DNA from: Harriotta raleighana
Lineage: Eukaryota
Length of the DNA: 64,000 nucleotides
Direction of reading: 5' to 3'
NCBI GenBank assembly: GCA_050575255.1
Contig: JBNZDD010013726.1
Span: forward strand, 1,466,409-1,530,408
The notes beneath the pieces were generated by a model that worked only from the letters and a program-made list of their open reading frames with translations, searched no databases and was not told the origin of the DNA. This document shows positions 1 to 14,720 of this stretch, in pieces. The position numbers were made by a program, and so were the translations under genes. The first letter of the stretch is position 1; each line of letters opens with the position of its first letter.

Positions 1-1238
1 TGAAGGACATTTTAATTGAACACTGCATGAAGCATCCAACAAATGGGACAGCTTGTGTTATTAAATAAAATCCCCAATACACTAACTCTGCTAGTAAAGG
101 CATTTAATTATGATTGAGTAATCTCAGTGTTTTTTTTGCCTCTAATATTGTACTTTGCTTGCAGATAAATCCTCATATTTATGAGTTTTCCACCTTAATT
201 TATATACTTTTTTGCATTTACCACTGCTGGCCCTATTTTCTTCACTTACTTTAAATTTATAGTCTGAGTTTACGATTTCCTTACTATTTAATATTTAATG
301 CAATTCAATGAGGTATCCTCTCTCTCACTACCTATTTTTCAGACTTTATTAAGTTTTTCTAATCTTCTCCTTTATGCTTGGGAAAAATCTTTTTACTCTT
401 CTCTGTATGTTTTCCAGATGCAAGTAGCTGCTTAAACGTTCCTGAAGCAGCATTGATGATCTCCTCTTGACTGTCACTATCACATCTGTAAATGTTTGCA
501 TTATATCATGTACTGATGAAGCAAGCTATATCTGGGCAGAACCTCTTTACTGTGCCAGACATCGCTTCTCTGAGTTATATCCAATACAAGGATAGATATA
601 GGAGTTTGAAAAGGTTGAGTTGAGATTATTCCTCCAGCTTTGAAATTTACATCTGTGCTTCTCAATGTCATGTGCTCGATCAACAGCAAGTGGTGTGAGA
701 CTAAAAACCCAGGATTCGAATCAGGCAGTAAATCGAGAGATCGGATTCACGAGTCACCTTTGATTTCATTTCTGACAATGTAAACTGAGCGCCAACAGTA
801 AAAGATGATTTGATTTTTAAAATAATAATAGTAAAATATCTGCAATGGCATACAAGAAAAAAAATGTAACAGCTTGTCCAGCAAAGGTGCTATAAATAGC
901 ATCGTCCTGTACTGATTTATTTTATTATCCGGTCGGTTCTAGCCATTAGAGAATCTCCTTCCATCTGTGCTCTCAATAACAACTCCTGGAGAGTGCTTTA
1001 GCCTGTTTTATCAGTTAGTCCCTCAGCAGCAGTTATATATGGATATCTGTTCATGGTAATGAGCGAAGCAGTGAATAGGTTAATCTACGGCTTTGTGCAA
1101 TGTACTAATTGCTTTCAGTCACTTTTCATTGGATCGTTTGCCACACATTCCACGTGGTTTGGGCACAAATGTTCTAATCTTTCCCCTTGTCTTGCCACTC
1201 AGTACAGAAATAAACAACATTGTATATTAACCTCTTTT

Positions 1239-1532
1239 ACAACAACAACAAAATTATACTTGTATAGTGCCTATCACATCAGGAGGATGCCACAAGGCAC
1301 TGGACAGTCAGTGTTTCAGATCCGAGCTGGGGTCGGGGATGGGGAGGGTGGAGGGAAAAGGTGGGATTTGGTTTGACCGATGGGGCTGTTGAAGAGGAGG
1401 GTCTAGAGGAGGCCAGGGAAGGGGCGAGGCGGAGGGATTGCAGGATGGAGTTCCAGAGTGGCTGAAGGTTCGTCTGCCAATGGTGGGGTGGGTGGGTCAG
1501 GGGACCTGGAGCAGCCCTGAGCCTGCTGAGGT
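1239..1532 (-). mobile_element. L2-clade LINE 3' fragment (degenerate)
   Basis: Begins with a (CAA)n tail and the same 3' terminal motif as the 1887-3210 element, followed by similar purine-rich sequence (ggagttccagag..ggctgaagg). Confidence 0.7.
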
Positions 1533-1886
1533 AGGCTTTTAAGTCGTCCTTTGCTTTTTCTAACTACTGTATATGAATATTCAATGGAAAATGATTCTAC
1601 ATGGAATTGTTAAATTGGTTAAACAAGCTGACAGACGTGATTTGAGTGATGGAGAGAAAGAGAGCACCTACTTGAAGTGTAAAGACTTCTCACCTGAAAA
1701 GTGCAAGGAAATTACAATAGTGTATTGCTTGCAAGGCAAGACCTGGATTCTTTTCATGCAGATGAAAATATAGTTTAAGAACAAGAGTTAGAAACTAAAA
1801 TGTCAGTTTAGTAATTTAGCGACTGCACACAATGATATTCCATATCCTGTAACATTATTTAACACTAAAGGAAAGCTTTCGCATTT

Positions 1887-3210
1887 CAACAACAACAATA
1901 TTACACTTGTATAGCGCCTTTCATGTCGGGAGGACGTCCCAAAGCGCTGAAAAGTCAGGTCGGGACCTGAGCAGTGAGGGGGAGGGGGAAGCCGAAAGCG
2001 CAGTCGAAGAGGAAGGTCTTGAGACTGTCCTTGAAGGAGGAAAGGGAGGAAGCAAGGAGGAGGGACTGTGGGATGGAGTTCCAAAATGTGGGGGCAGAGA
2101 GGCTAAAAAACCCGGCCACTGTTGGTTGAGCGGTTAGGGCGGTGGACGCGGAGCAGGTCTGAGTCTGCTGAACGGAGGGTGCGGGCAGGCTGATAGGGAG
2201 ACAGCAGGTCAGAGAGATAGGCGGGGGGGCAAGGCCATGAGTGGCCTTGAAAGTGAGGACGAGGATCTTGAATTCGATCCTCTGGGGGATGGGGAGCCAG
2301 TGGAGACGGGTGAGGCTGGGGGTGATGTGGTCACGGAGCCTGGTGCCGGAGAGTACACAAGCTGCAGAATTCTGAATGATCTGCAGCCTGTGAAGGGAGG
2401 AGTTGGGAAGGCCGATGAGGAGAGAGTTCCCGTAGTCAAGCCTGGAGGTGATATAAAGGCATGAATGAAGGTTTCGGTGATATGGGGGGTGAGGTAGTGG
2501 TGGAGCCTAGCAATATTGGTGGAAGGCATACTGGTCAGGGAGTGATATGAGGGAGGAAGGAAAGTTTGGGGTCAAACAAGACACTTCGAGAGGTGGAGAG
2601 AGCAGCCTTGAATGCTGATGTTGCCAGCGCCTGAGGTGCAGAGGCGCTGACGCGAGCCAATCAGGAGGGCCTCCCGTCTTTTTGACGTTGAGTTGGAGGA
2701 AGTTTGCCTTCGTCCAGGACTCGATGTCGGACATGCAATCAGAACTCCAGTAGTCCTGGAGTCGAGGGAGGAGGCGGAAAGATAAAGAGTTGGGTGTCAT
2801 CCGCATACATGTGAAAATTTACCCCATGTCTGTGGATGATGTCGTCCAGGGGAAGCCATATAGAGGGTGAAGAGCAGGGGGCCAAGGACAGAGCCCTGGG
2901 AAACGCTGCCTGTGACTGTGCGGGGGCTGGAGGAAAAGCCGTTGGAAGATACAAAGTGAAGGCGGTGGGAGAGATATGACTGGAACTGTACAAGGACAGA
3001 GCCTTGAAGGTTGAGGAGGGAGGAGAGGTGGTGGAGGAGGATTGTGTGGTCAACTGTGTCAAAGAGGGCAGATTGGGTCGAGGAGGCAGAGGGAGCCCTG
3101 GTCACAGATGGTCAGAATGTCGTTTGTGACCTTGACCAGAGCAGTTTTCATGCTGTGGGAAGCGGGGATATCCGATTGGAGGGGTTCGAGGAGTGAGTGT
3201 CTTGAGAGGA
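1887..3210 (-). mobile_element. 5'-truncated L2-clade LINE with frameshifted reverse transcriptase
   Basis: Minus-strand ORF pieces contain RT motifs ALFDTVDHTILL, GSVSQGSVLGPLLFTLYM, FHMYADDTQL, WTKANFLQLNVKKT and ETFIHAFIS. The element ends in a hairpin tail plus (TTG)n. Confidence 0.92.
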
Positions 3211-4297
3211 AATCATTTCAATAACAATGATGCATCTTTTCATTGTGGTGGTGCTCTGACATGCCAAATTCCGATACAGCATTATGTCTGATACAACATG
3301 CATTGTTAGTGTCTTAATACGGGATAATAAACACTCGACTGAAACATTTTGCACCATGCCACATCCTCCTCAATGACATGTGCTGTAATAGAGGAACTGT
3401 ACAAAACACAGTCTGTAAGAGTAACTGTCTTATCGCTAGATCAGAATATGTGTCACCAGCAACCAACACTCAGATCCCCACTGTTACACAAATTGAGAAA
3501 ATTTAGGATCAACACAGTTTTGTCTGGCTTCTCCATACAGAGTTGATTTAATTGTATTTGCCGGAATGGTAGCTGATTCATCCATTACCTTTGCACTCTT
3601 TGGGCAGAATGTTATTTAAAGCAGCGTGGAAGGGAGGAAGTTTTTTTTTGACAAAAAATAGATTTTGCCAGTTTTTAAAGAAATAGTCTTTTTTTAAAAA
3701 TGGTTGATTTATAGGTTGTCTTATTCCTTGTATCTGCTCAGAATGTGGCATATTATTAGGTATAACAATTGCAGAGTACCCCAAATTTGTCAGTTGTGAT
3801 TGGGGCTTGTTTTAAAATTAAAACGGTCACTTCTTGAGAACAAACATTTTGGCAAAGGCACTAATCCTCTAAGTACTGGTAAGTAGTCATTAAGGATGCC
3901 CTTTCACCTCATGTCAGGCTGATAGTCATCTCCACTCTGCAGAGGTCCTTCTGCCAGTGAACTGTCGCCTCAGGACATAGTGAGGTGACAGTGATGCTAA
4001 TAAAAAGAGTGCTGCTTACATGTGCACTGGGTTTTGGATTTAAGTCTCAACAGAGTTTGTGATATGAGCTGTGACTTGCTGTGGCAGCGACTGATACTAT
4101 TCAGAGGGATTTGAAGGTCCATGATACTGCTCCTACACCAAAATGTAACCTAAACAAGTGCATGTCTTCCCAAAACAAACTTCCATGTTTCTAACACTAG
4201 TGTCTGCAAAATTCTTCGCTATGGGTTCCAGACTAGCTTTCATAAAGTTTTAAGACTTTAAAAATATTTTTCTGTTTTTTCCCCTTCAGTTCTCTGG

Positions 4298-4366
4298 GTG
4301 CTTGGGACGTCCTCCTGACGTGAAACGCGCTCTATAAATGTAATTTTGTTGTTGTTGTTGTTGTTG
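4298..4366 (+). mobile_element. Tail-only L2-type retro-insert (hairpin + (TTG)n)
   Basis: cttgggacgtcctcctgacgtgaaacgcgctctataaatgtaatttt(gtt)n, nearly identical to 21480-21546 and 52921-52991. Confidence 0.85.
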
Positions 4367-7300
4367 CTTGACTCATTGACTGTTTCAATGACTGTTATTC
4401 ATGTGTTAGCCCCTCACTCTGTTGCCAATCCAGTCTTCATCTAATATCATACGCCTTCCTGTCAGGCTTGCTGGAAAGAAACTCGAGTGAAAAAGCAGGA
4501 GTAGGAACTCAGACTCAAATCATCTTCTTCATATTCCAAAGATGCTGAGCACAATTGTAGCAGCTTATATTTGTAGCAATTGCTCCCCTGTCTTAGTTCA
4601 AATCTTTCTGGTCTGTATTGCTCAGCACAGAAAGATTTATTTGCTCTATTAATAGCTCAGTGGATTAGTAATTGGGTCTCCGTGCCTCAGAAGGAAGCAT
4701 TAAAACCTCAGTAATCTTACAATTTCTGTATCGAGGTTGCTTCTCTCCCACATTTATCTCCCCCCATCTACAAATACTTTTATGAACATAAGGAGGCAAC
4801 TGCACCCAACTCCACATCCCACAAAGTCACCTTTTAGTAAAATACTTTGCTCAAAACAACCCCAAGGTTTTGGCCAATTTGCATCGAAAAACATGGGTGG
4901 GTGCAGTATAATTATCACTTGCCAGTCATTAAAAAAAAAATAGTGCAGGGGCCAGTGAAAAGCACAGTTTGTTATTTCAAACCCATTCGCTATCTTTTGA
5001 GCCAGCTGGCTTCTGGCAGCCATGCATGGGCCATTTCTTTCCAATCTTTAGAAACTGCATCAACCATTGATGAGTAAAGCGAACAAAGAGAATGAAACTA
5101 TATAAAATGAGTTGTAGGCTGTGATTTATTCTCAGTGAGCTTGTGTAGCGTCTGTATATTGGCTCAAGTTCATCATCAAGAGTCCCTGGAGTGAAATGTC
5201 AGAATGATTGCTCTCTCCCTCACTTCATTCCTTACAGTATCTTATGTAGTCTGCTACATTCCCCGGTGCATTTTGTTTATACCTATGTGAAACTTTCTGA
5301 TGATGATAGGCAATGAGATTTCATGATTGTCTTTATAGGTCTTAAAAACACTAAAGTGTCTGTAAAGTTCCTTTGTGACTCACTGTAACCATTGTTGACT
5401 TTCTGTTTGTTAAAAGGACAACGTATTGATCAGCCAGTAAAATCAGAGATATTGAGGTCTGAATTTTGTCATTCATCTCTCATTTAATGTAGCTGGAGCA
5501 GGTTTGACTGTTGGATATTGATTTCTGTTTTATATATAAAAAAAAGTAAGTGAAAGGACGCAGGGGAGGAAGGTCAGTATTGCAACAACAGTGGGAAGGT
5601 GTGAGCGATTTGTTCCAATATTTCTGAGGCAATTGATTTTCATAGCTTGTGCTGCACTTTCATTATTGCAATGGAGCATGTTCATTATCACAGACATTTA
5701 TTAGGCAGCCATAAAATTAGTACATCGCCTCTGAATTTAATATGCAGAGCATTGCATTGTCAGCATGGCATGACTCTCATTTAGAGTCCTAAGATTATTA
5801 TTATTATTATTAAGACTTCTTGAGTGACTCCGCCATGAATTGTGCACTGTTTTCATTTCTCCAGTTTATTTCCCTTCCCTCCTGATCTCTAAGGCTTATG
5901 CTGGAATATGGTTCCCCAGGTGCTAACTCACTGGCCTCTGATATCTCATTTGAAATGGCCAATCATTTATAATAATAATAATCCTTGCGTTTGATATTGT
6001 AACTAATCATGCCTTCGAGCCATCTCAAAGAGCTTCACAGAATATTCCATCAAGTGGATTGATTGTATATTTTGCGGGTGAAATCATTATTATATTAATA
6101 ATAATATTCCTTGTGTTTGATGTAGCGCCTTATCACATTGGAATGTGACCACAGCAAGGCTGCCAAATGGTAGTCTTTTCCAACAAAGCTTGCTGAGGAC
6201 AACCTTATTTTAGAGACAGTACAGTAACATGGGGTATGATGGTGCAGTCTCCAGGCTGCATGATTCCCAAGTGTTGCTTTCTACAATTTCCCGTATATCT
6301 TCTTTGCACATAGCTTATCAAACCCCTTTGAAGGATCAAACGTGGGAGGGTAATTCAGGTTTGAGCTACTGGGCATTGCTTACAATCTGCAGTCAGGCTG
6401 CCTTCCTTCCAAATCCCATGGGCACACCCTCCCTCCCTCAAACAACTAGGTCTGTTTCTTCTCAAGCTCAGCAAAGTAATACTTTCAACAGTTTACACTT
6501 CTCCGTACCCCTCCCCCACCCCAACCACACCCTCACCTCACATAGAATGATTTAATCACTGCAAGCCATCTTTCAACTGAATATTCTGTCAGAAATCATG
6601 TCCACAACAATGAGTTGACCTTTTCTGTCTACAAGGAGATCATTAATAATCTGATTATACAAAGCAGCATATAGTCTGAGAAATGGACTGAACACAGACA
6701 CACACACACACATATACACAGAAATAAATGCAAATCTAGAAGAAAAAAAACCATCACAAGCTTATTTAGTTCTATGATGATCACATGCACAGGGAATTTT
6801 TTGCTGAGTGTTTTGAGGGCTTTTAATGCGTGAGGGCAAGTGGCAGACAGCACAGCTTCTAAAATAGGACAGCATCCAAAGACATTGGGATTTTCAAGCT
6901 CCTGAGCTCAGAGCACCCCCCTAACTCAAAGCAAATTTTTGTCCCTTTGGTAAAATTCTACAAAATGTTGAGATGGATCAGCAGAAAGATGTCTTGGAAG
7001 ATGTTGTGATCCCAGAGGGCATTTGTGTTTGTTCACTTTTGACTTTGTGTCAATTCTGAATCCGCTTGAAATCTGATGTAACAATGGGAGAAAAAACAAT
7101 GGGTAACTTTTTTAGTGATGGATCTTTTTACCTATAAACCATGCAGCAATGAAAATGATGAGGAGCAAGTCTAGGACCTGCCTGAATGAAACGTTATTAC
7201 TGTACTGTGAAGTCTTTTATGATTACTTCCGTTTAGCTGCAAGCAAATGTATAACAGTACGAAAATTCAGCAAGACCAAAATGGATTATGTAGCTCGTGT

Positions 7301-9569
7301 GATGCAGACTACTGTTGTGTTTTTAATACTCAATATAATTGGTCACTTTATATCTGTTCAAACAAGATTGTTCCTGAACGTTGTCAAAAATTTTGTGATC
7401 AACTCCTTAGATCTTCTTTCCTGCCCTAATCTCTTCAAAATGGTGACTGATATTGACATATGGTCAAAAACTCAGGCATTTATAGTACTGTACCTAGCAG
7501 TGGCTTTCCCATGTTTAGACTGGGCTTCACATTCCCCAATATTATAACTCAAATATATTTCTGGACATTGCCGATGATAAATTCCTTTAGAGAAACAAGA
7601 GTGATGGAGCTTGTGGAAGGTGAGTTCTGGCAGTGGATTTGACCTTTTCTGCTGAGTCACTGCCTTTCCCCCTCTGGGTTTTTTTTAACTTGCTGTGAGT
7701 CCTCTCTGTGCTTACAAGTGTGACTGTGTTCTGTCACGATTACCAAAATAAACATGCCCAGGTTGAGATTGCGGTGTGAGGAAGAACCAGCTGTGGGGAG
7801 AGCCAAAGCAGAAACTAAAAGCCACAATGTACTGTATTCCCTGAGGGAGTCTCAGGCCTTGTCGTCCATGGCTTGATGTTGTGCAGGATTAACTCTCTGG
7901 ATCTGCTGTGTTTGGTGGGTTCTTTACTCAAATTCCTCAGCAGCAATTTGCCCCCAGAAATGTGAAAGAAGTTTTCAACAGCTTTGAGTGCTTGTTGTTG
8001 AGAGCAGCCATGGACAGTTCTGATAATTGCTGACCCCACACATTGATGGAACTCCTTTTAAATGTTTCACTTCATTGCTGCCGCCGGAAAACACATTATT
8101 TATTGGCAACAATGGAATTTAGACTTGTTCTTTCCTTTTTTTTTAGTTATATTCTTCTCCGGTGCCATACATCATATCCCTCAAGGGGCGAGAGTAAACA
8201 GACATTCATGTGCCTGGCCTTAACCTATTTGTGGGTATAAGGAAGCCCTGGGACAGAAAAAAAGATTCTCCTAATTTCTGAATGTGCTCCCATCACACAA
8301 TGTCCGTGTGACACCACAGCACCTTTATTGTGTTCAATTCTTTTTATTCCTCTTATTTTTGTCCTACTGCATATGCCTCCCTGTTCTGTTCAGGTGTCCC
8401 ATTGCTGGAGTCTGATTGCAGAGACACTATTTTTCCCATACCCAAGTGTCCAATGTTTGTGTAAGAGTCCTCCCTGGCAGCAAGGTACAGGAGACTCACT
8501 TGGCTGCCACATGTGTACACAGCCAGTGGAGGGTGCTGTAGAGGGACCAAGAGCAGGATCTCCTTAACCCTGAGAAGATCAGAACCTGTTTAGCCTCCCC
8601 AATGCAGCTGCGGCTGAGACCAGCAAACATGCCAACTTTATGATGTTGAGTTTGGCCCCAAAATGAGTGAGTACACAAAGAGGAATTATGATAATTGATT
8701 TGAGAAAGCAACGAGGAAAGTTTAGAAACAAACATTACAATTTATCTTTGCTGGAGAAACTCAGTACCCTGTTCAAAGTGCACTTTGTTTTGTTTGTCAA
8801 AGAAATGTTTGGTAACAACATTAATATTTGATGTAGTGCCTTTCACAGTGAGTGGATGCCTCAAAGTGCTTCACAAGATTTACAGTAAAGTCTAGCGACT
8901 ATGTATTTTGCAGGCAAATTGGAATTACATAATCCTATCATCCTTTAATAAATCCCTTTTTTATGGTGTCACATTATGACTGCCTTATGACTCTGTGCAC
9001 CAAAAAGGTGAACCTATTTTTCATCAAGTTTCCCAACATCATACATTCCATAAGCAAGGATTCCTTCCCGACAAGGACTCTCTCCCCTTATCTGTCAGGA
9101 GCAGCATCCAGTTGTAAGAAGACAGACCTGGCCTCTAGGGATTCATCAGTTGAAACAGTCCCACTGCTGTGCTTGTGATCGTGTGACGTGTCCTTTTCCT
9201 CATCACTCCCACAATGCAGCCTTACACTGGCGGGGATAGGCTTGAACAATTCCATTTTCTGTTCCTACATGGATAGGGATTGACAGGTCATGAAGAAGTA
9301 CCATTGTGTCTCTTTCATGCGGTGATGGTATCCTGCAGCTGTTGCCAGATGGGTCAGAAGCAATACAAGCTGAATTGTCACTTCACTGACTGGTACTTAA
9401 CTGGGATCATTTATTGCAAGCCTCTCAGGGCTTAAGATTGCTGATGGATTCCATTGAGGATCACACTGCTTTTGCCAGATTCTCTTTTCCATGGAGAGTT
9501 TTTGCACACACTTTCTGTACACCATTATGAAATACAAAGTCTTGAGTGTTGAGCACTCTTAAGTTAATC

Positions 9570-10200
9570 TCTGTAGGAAAATGGAGGCTTGCCAAACAAA
9601 GAAGTTGAAAGAGATCTCATGGTGTTATTTAACTCGAAGCCCGCTGTGAACCTAAAATGTGAGGCGGCATTAAACAGAATGAAAGGGATACTTTCAATTC
9701 TGCCAAAGCAGCAAAACAAGAGAGCACGAATATCAAGGACAATATTCGGGCAAGTTACCAGGAAGTATTTCTTTGCACAGGAAGAAGTTAGCGGCTGGAA
9801 GAGGGTTAAGTTAGCAGGAAAGGGTAGAGGAGGACAGGGCACTAGTTGGACTTGTTTAAGAAACGTTAAATGCTGAGATAGAAGAGGTGGTATTCTGGAA
9901 AGTTGAGAATACATGGGCCGAAAGCTCCTTTCCATCCTTTGCGATCTTTATAAGAATGTTCCCACTTACTTCTAAATCACAACTGCTCCAATCTGTAAAG
10001 CCCATTTAAAGAGACAATATCAAATATCAAATCCAGGGATTTATCAAAGGGATACCAGCTTTGTCAGGCTCCAGAAAAGTATTGGATTATGAGAAGGAGG
10101 AGAACCACATGTCTGTTTTGTCATCTGTGAGATTAGATATGTGATGATATGAGGCACTTCCAACATGTTTCAAAACGGCAAGTTTGTTTTGAAGATTGCG
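9570..10200 (+). mobile_element. Old CR1-like LINE ORF2 C-terminal remnant
   Basis: ORF 9589..9876 EVERDLMVLFNSK...KCEAALNRMKGIL resembles the CR1 motif ERDLGV..D..L....C..A..KAN.ILG. Downstream similarity is faint. Confidence 0.45.
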
Positions 10201-11150
10201 CTATGGTGGAAACTGATAGTCAGCAATTTTGGGGTGTCTGCCGTAAGTTAGTGAACTTTTGTTTCAAACCTAAAGATAGTTTTTATCGGTCGGAGTCAGT
10301 GTGGTCAGGGCAGTGCTATCACGGTGGCTTGCAATCCACGATTACAAAGCTTGCGAAGACGTTTCCCAGATGAAATGCTTAGCTACGGGCTTTTCTGGGA
10401 GGGGGGGGGTAACAAAGTATTATACATTATGTCAATTTTATTTCCTCTCTGCGCAATCAGCAACAAATGGGTTAATGGCATATGCTTCCCTGTTGATGGA
10501 GTGTTTGTCTTCCCTTTCAACCCCCCCACCTCCGCCGCCCCCCACCCACTCATCAGTGGACTGGGCAGGCTGCTGTGTAAGAACTAGAAATGATATTTTA
10601 TTGCAATATAGTATCAATTACAACCCTTTCTATTGGGATTTGATAAAAATACATTGTGACATGCTGGCAGTGTGTAATGAGGTCTGCACTGGCAGTTGCT
10701 GTGACAGCTGTCCTACTCAGTACTGCTGACTGCTGGAAAACAGGACAGTCTTTCAGACAGACAGAATTGAACTCTGGTGCCTACTGGCAAGTTGGCTTTT
10801 TAGCATTTAATCTTTTTTTTGTGGAAGACGGACAGACAGTTTAAAGGAGATCTCAGCTCTGCTTCACCTCAGTTACGGTGAAAGGGAATACGTTCCACTT
10901 TAGATTGGATTTGTTTTCCCGAGGGGAGGGGAGTTGATGGAGGAGATTCCTGGGGGGAGTTTGTGTGTGGGTTTGTCTGGGGCGGATGGGCAGGCGGTGG
11001 TTAGTGGGGTGGAGAGAGATTGAGAAGAGTCAGGGACTTTGAGAAGTTAGATTTTAAGGATTGATGGAGTAACAACAAAGCGCCTGCCTTAGCAGGCTGG
11101 GACCCCAAGTTGGGAGTGGGGAAGAAAGGGGGAGATGACCAAAACAAGGG

Positions 11151-11414
11151 CAGGGCAAAACCATTGGCAAGTTTCCTTACTCCATACGCCTAATAATCCT
11201 TAGAAAAAACAATAATATAACAAGCAATTTCAATCCACAGAAATGCAAAATTTCACTCCACAACTGGTTTGTGGGACCCTTGGCAGCAATTATGTGCTGT
11301 GTTTCACCCACAAAATATACAGTCAATTCACTTTACAGCATATTCTGTGAAGTACTGTAAGACATCTAGAAGATGCGTAAAGCACTATATCAAATGCAAG
11401 GATTACTATTATTA
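11151..11414 (+). mobile_element. tRNA-derived SINE (5'-truncated) with (ATT)n tail
   Basis: ggcaagtttccttactccatacgcctaataatcc...ctatatcaaatgcaaggattactattatta; same family as 47494-47793. Confidence 0.8.
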
Positions 11415-12391
11415 TGAAGGTTGGTGATGACTTAACGATGTCATTAAAGGTGTGGAAGGAGGGGGGAGTGAAGGTGGAGGGTTTCTGGGAGAATGAAAAC
11501 AAAGCAGATGAAAGCTTGCCACCGATAGTGGGGTGAAGAGGCATGAATTAGACAGTAAAACACTATTTTTCTGCTATCCTAGTCATTCAGTAATGTTGAT
11601 TTCAATTAGTTGTTAGGAAAGTTAGGTCTACCATTGGAATCCCTTTGTCTGAACATTTATATTTCTGGATTTCTGCTGCAATTTAAACTGGAAAGCAGCA
11701 GAAAGTACAAAAATAATCAGCTGCTCTAATATAAAGAGGCTTCTTTTTAAACTGCATTTTGTTATGTTTCTTTGTAGAATACCACGCTCCAATGTCCCGT
11801 ATCTCAGATTAGTGGGGATTACAATCAGTCCTGATGAGATGGAGAGATTGAAATGTGGAAATGTTTCCAAATAAACCAGTGGGACTCACATTTGGGGGCC
11901 TGTACTCCAGTGGACCTTTTTGCTGGTAACAAACTGGCTTCTTATGCAGGAAGACATTCAATTTGTCCTAAAGTAGCATTAGTGGCTCAAACTGTATTAA
12001 TGTTTAATTCTAAAGTCACACAAGGGATTTGAATGAGCAGTTTGTAGCAGTCAGTGGGACTACTGAACATGTTACCTTCTCTCCCAGTGCATCAGAAGTG
12101 GACATCTTTGCATTTGTGGCACAGGAAAGGAAATTGTCATATTCTTGTCCACAGTGAGAGGTTTATTTTACAGTTTGATTCGGTTCATGGTTGGTGAGGT
12201 GCATTGGGATATCTGCACAATGTGAAAGCGCAATGCCAAATGTTTGGATTACTATCATAATAAAAAAAAAGGTTGCCTCCTCCGCCCACCCCAGATTCCA
12301 TATCACTATCCTATTCGATGCTACAGATTGGCTATGTTCACTTTTCTGGGATTTCAGTAGTAACCCCCGCGCACAGTGCTCAAAAGCCTTT

Positions 12392-13035
12392 CAACAACAA
12401 CAATAACTTTGACTTATATAGCACCCTCCACGCCGGACAGCATCTCAGAGCGCTTCACAATAGCGGATCCAGGGATCGAGCCAGGGGCAGGGGTAGAAAG
12501 GTGATCAAAAGCGCGGTCGAAGAGAAAGATTTTTAGTTGAGACCTGAAACTGGAAAAAAGGGGGGCGAGGCGACGGAGTGAGGAAGGGAATTCCAGAGCC
12601 TCGAGACATAGTGGCTGAAGGCAGGGCCGCTGAGCGTGGAGCAGAGGATTCGGGAGACATGGAGGAGGCCAGATTCGGTGGAGCAAAGGCAACATGTGCT
12701 GGTTTGAGGAGAGAGGAGGTCAGAGAGGTAGGGGGTGCACGGGAGTGGAGGGATTTGAAGACGAGGGAGAGGATCTTGAAATCAATCCTCTCTGGGATAG
12801 GGAGCCAGTGAAGTCTGGCAAGGACTGGGGTAATGGAGGAGTGAAATTTGGTGCGGGTGAGAATGCGAGCGGCAGAGCTTTAGACTCTGTGGATTGTGGA
12901 GAAGGGGAGACCGGCGAGGAGGGCATTGCAATAGTCCAGCCAAGAAGTGACAAGGCATGGACCAGGGTTTCAGCGGCTTTTGGGGTGAGGTTTGGCGGAG
13001 ACGGGCAATCCGTCGGAGGTGGAAGAAGGCGGAAA
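12392..13035 (-). mobile_element. L2-clade LINE 3' fragment (second subfamily tail)
   Basis: (CAA)n tail. Minus-strand ORF pieces LTPKAAETLVHAL and SSFRSQLKIFLFDRAF are typical of the L2 ORF2 C-terminus. Confidence 0.85.
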
Positions 13036-14504
13036 GGAGGCTTTCCCCTCCTCTCCACAAGCACCAGAGAATATAAGTAAATTTGTGGCATTGGTGGGGT
13101 TTGATCCCAGCCCACCTGACTCTGGCAGTCTGGCATGTTGGCAGGTCAGATGTCCCATTAATGCTTGAGTCGAATGGGAGAAGGAAGGCCTGGGCCCCTC
13201 ATATCAGAGATTACGATCTGGCCTTGGGGAAGATTTTACACGATTTCTATAAACAGGAGCTCTCTCTTGATCTTGTGATGCCGACAAAGGAGTTTAGTTT
13301 TGATCTTTATGCATGAATTATTTAAATTGTTTGCAGCGAGTGTGTGTGCAGGGTGGTGGTGGTGGGGGTAGAAACGTGGTTGAGAACAATCATATATTCT
13401 GAAATCTGAAGGCTCTGGCATTTCTAAACTTTGCTTCGTGAACATTTCAGTTTCTTGAAGGGAAAGAGGTGGGGGTCTGGGGATGGGGGTTGGTGGAGAG
13501 AAAGAAAGGGGTGATTGATTGAGAACAAAGTGCTGGTTTATACGTTCACTTTAATTACTTTTTAGCTTCGCTTCCTGGGTCAGGCCCATTTCCCTCCCAG
13601 TTTTACAGGGAATCACAGCCAAGCATCACAGCGCTTATAGGAGAAAGCAGTGCTCCCAACGACGGTTCAGCTGCTTTAATCAACCATTGTTTTGAGATAT
13701 TTTGTTTCCTGAGTGTAATATTGGTATAATTCATCAACTCGGTTTCTGTGATGGGGAACAAACATCACATACCCATTATCCCTTAATTGTTTCTCTGGCT
13801 TTTTGCCCTTCAATACAGCCTGGTTTGAACTGCCAGGAATGGTGGATTGGATGCACAGAAACAAAATGGACTTGTGTGGGGAGTAGTTCAATCTGCTGCA
13901 GCTATATAACCAGGGACAGATTTTAGAAGGTTGTAAATACTGAGAAGAAATCAGTTTGAAGCGCTGTGTTTATTTTAATTGGTATGGGCTTTATGCGGTA
14001 TAGGAAGGGAGCATGGCATGCGTGGGAGCATCATATTGGGACATGCCGGCCAGTTTGATTTAGTAGCCATTAGCCTGTCTGCCAAGGTTTACAAGGCTTG
14101 CCTGATGTGGAGAATTGTGGTCAAGCCTCCAGCAGTGGCTGGTGTCCTTCATTGACACATGTCAAAACAAACCCAAGACCCCGAGATCAAAGGAATGATT
14201 ATAGGATTTATATTTTGGCAAAATGAGTCTGAATCAAGTTAAAATCATTAAGAGCTCCCTTTTGTTTATGGCGCTCTGCTTCATTTCAAATTTTAAAAAA
14301 GCTAGATATATTCCAGAGGTGGATGGGGCAAAATGACTTGACAGCCCAAGGGAAAGTTTTTTTTAAAGTACCCTTTGTTCATCCAGTTCAAAACTACTGA
14401 AAGTAAAAAAAGAAAGTTTATTTAATTTGCCATTGCCCCAGTCTCTCTGTCCCATCTGTTTCTAGTCAGTAAGCTTAAATGTCTTTTACTTTTCCTTTTT
14501 TTTA

Positions 14505-14720
14505 CAATAATAATAATCCTTGCATTTAATACAGCGCATTATCACTTCCTTGAAACATTTCAATGTGTTTCACAGGATTTACTATAAGTGTGTATTTGTA
14601 GCCAATTTGCACAACCAATGTACCACATTAGAGCCATGAAGTGAATTGTTGGCCAGGACATCAGAAGAAATTCCCTTCTCTTTTTAAAATAGTGCCATGG
14701 GATCTTATCATCCATCTGAA
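14505..14720 (-). mobile_element. Deu-domain SINE remnant
   Basis: (AAT)n-ccttgcattt tail, then ttggccaggaca...aatagtgccatgggatctt, the reverse complement of the Deu core (aagatcccatggcactatt...gtcctggccaa). Confidence 0.7.

Noticed and set aside
1887-3210. Reverse transcriptase as part of a novel retron/DGR-type system
   Set aside because: It is a frameshifted, 5'-truncated L2 LINE with a typical 3' tail.
7200-7650. Possible very old CR1 fragment on the minus strand, and overlapping 132-aa ORF
   Set aside because: Only faint motif resemblance; cannot be supported without a profile search.
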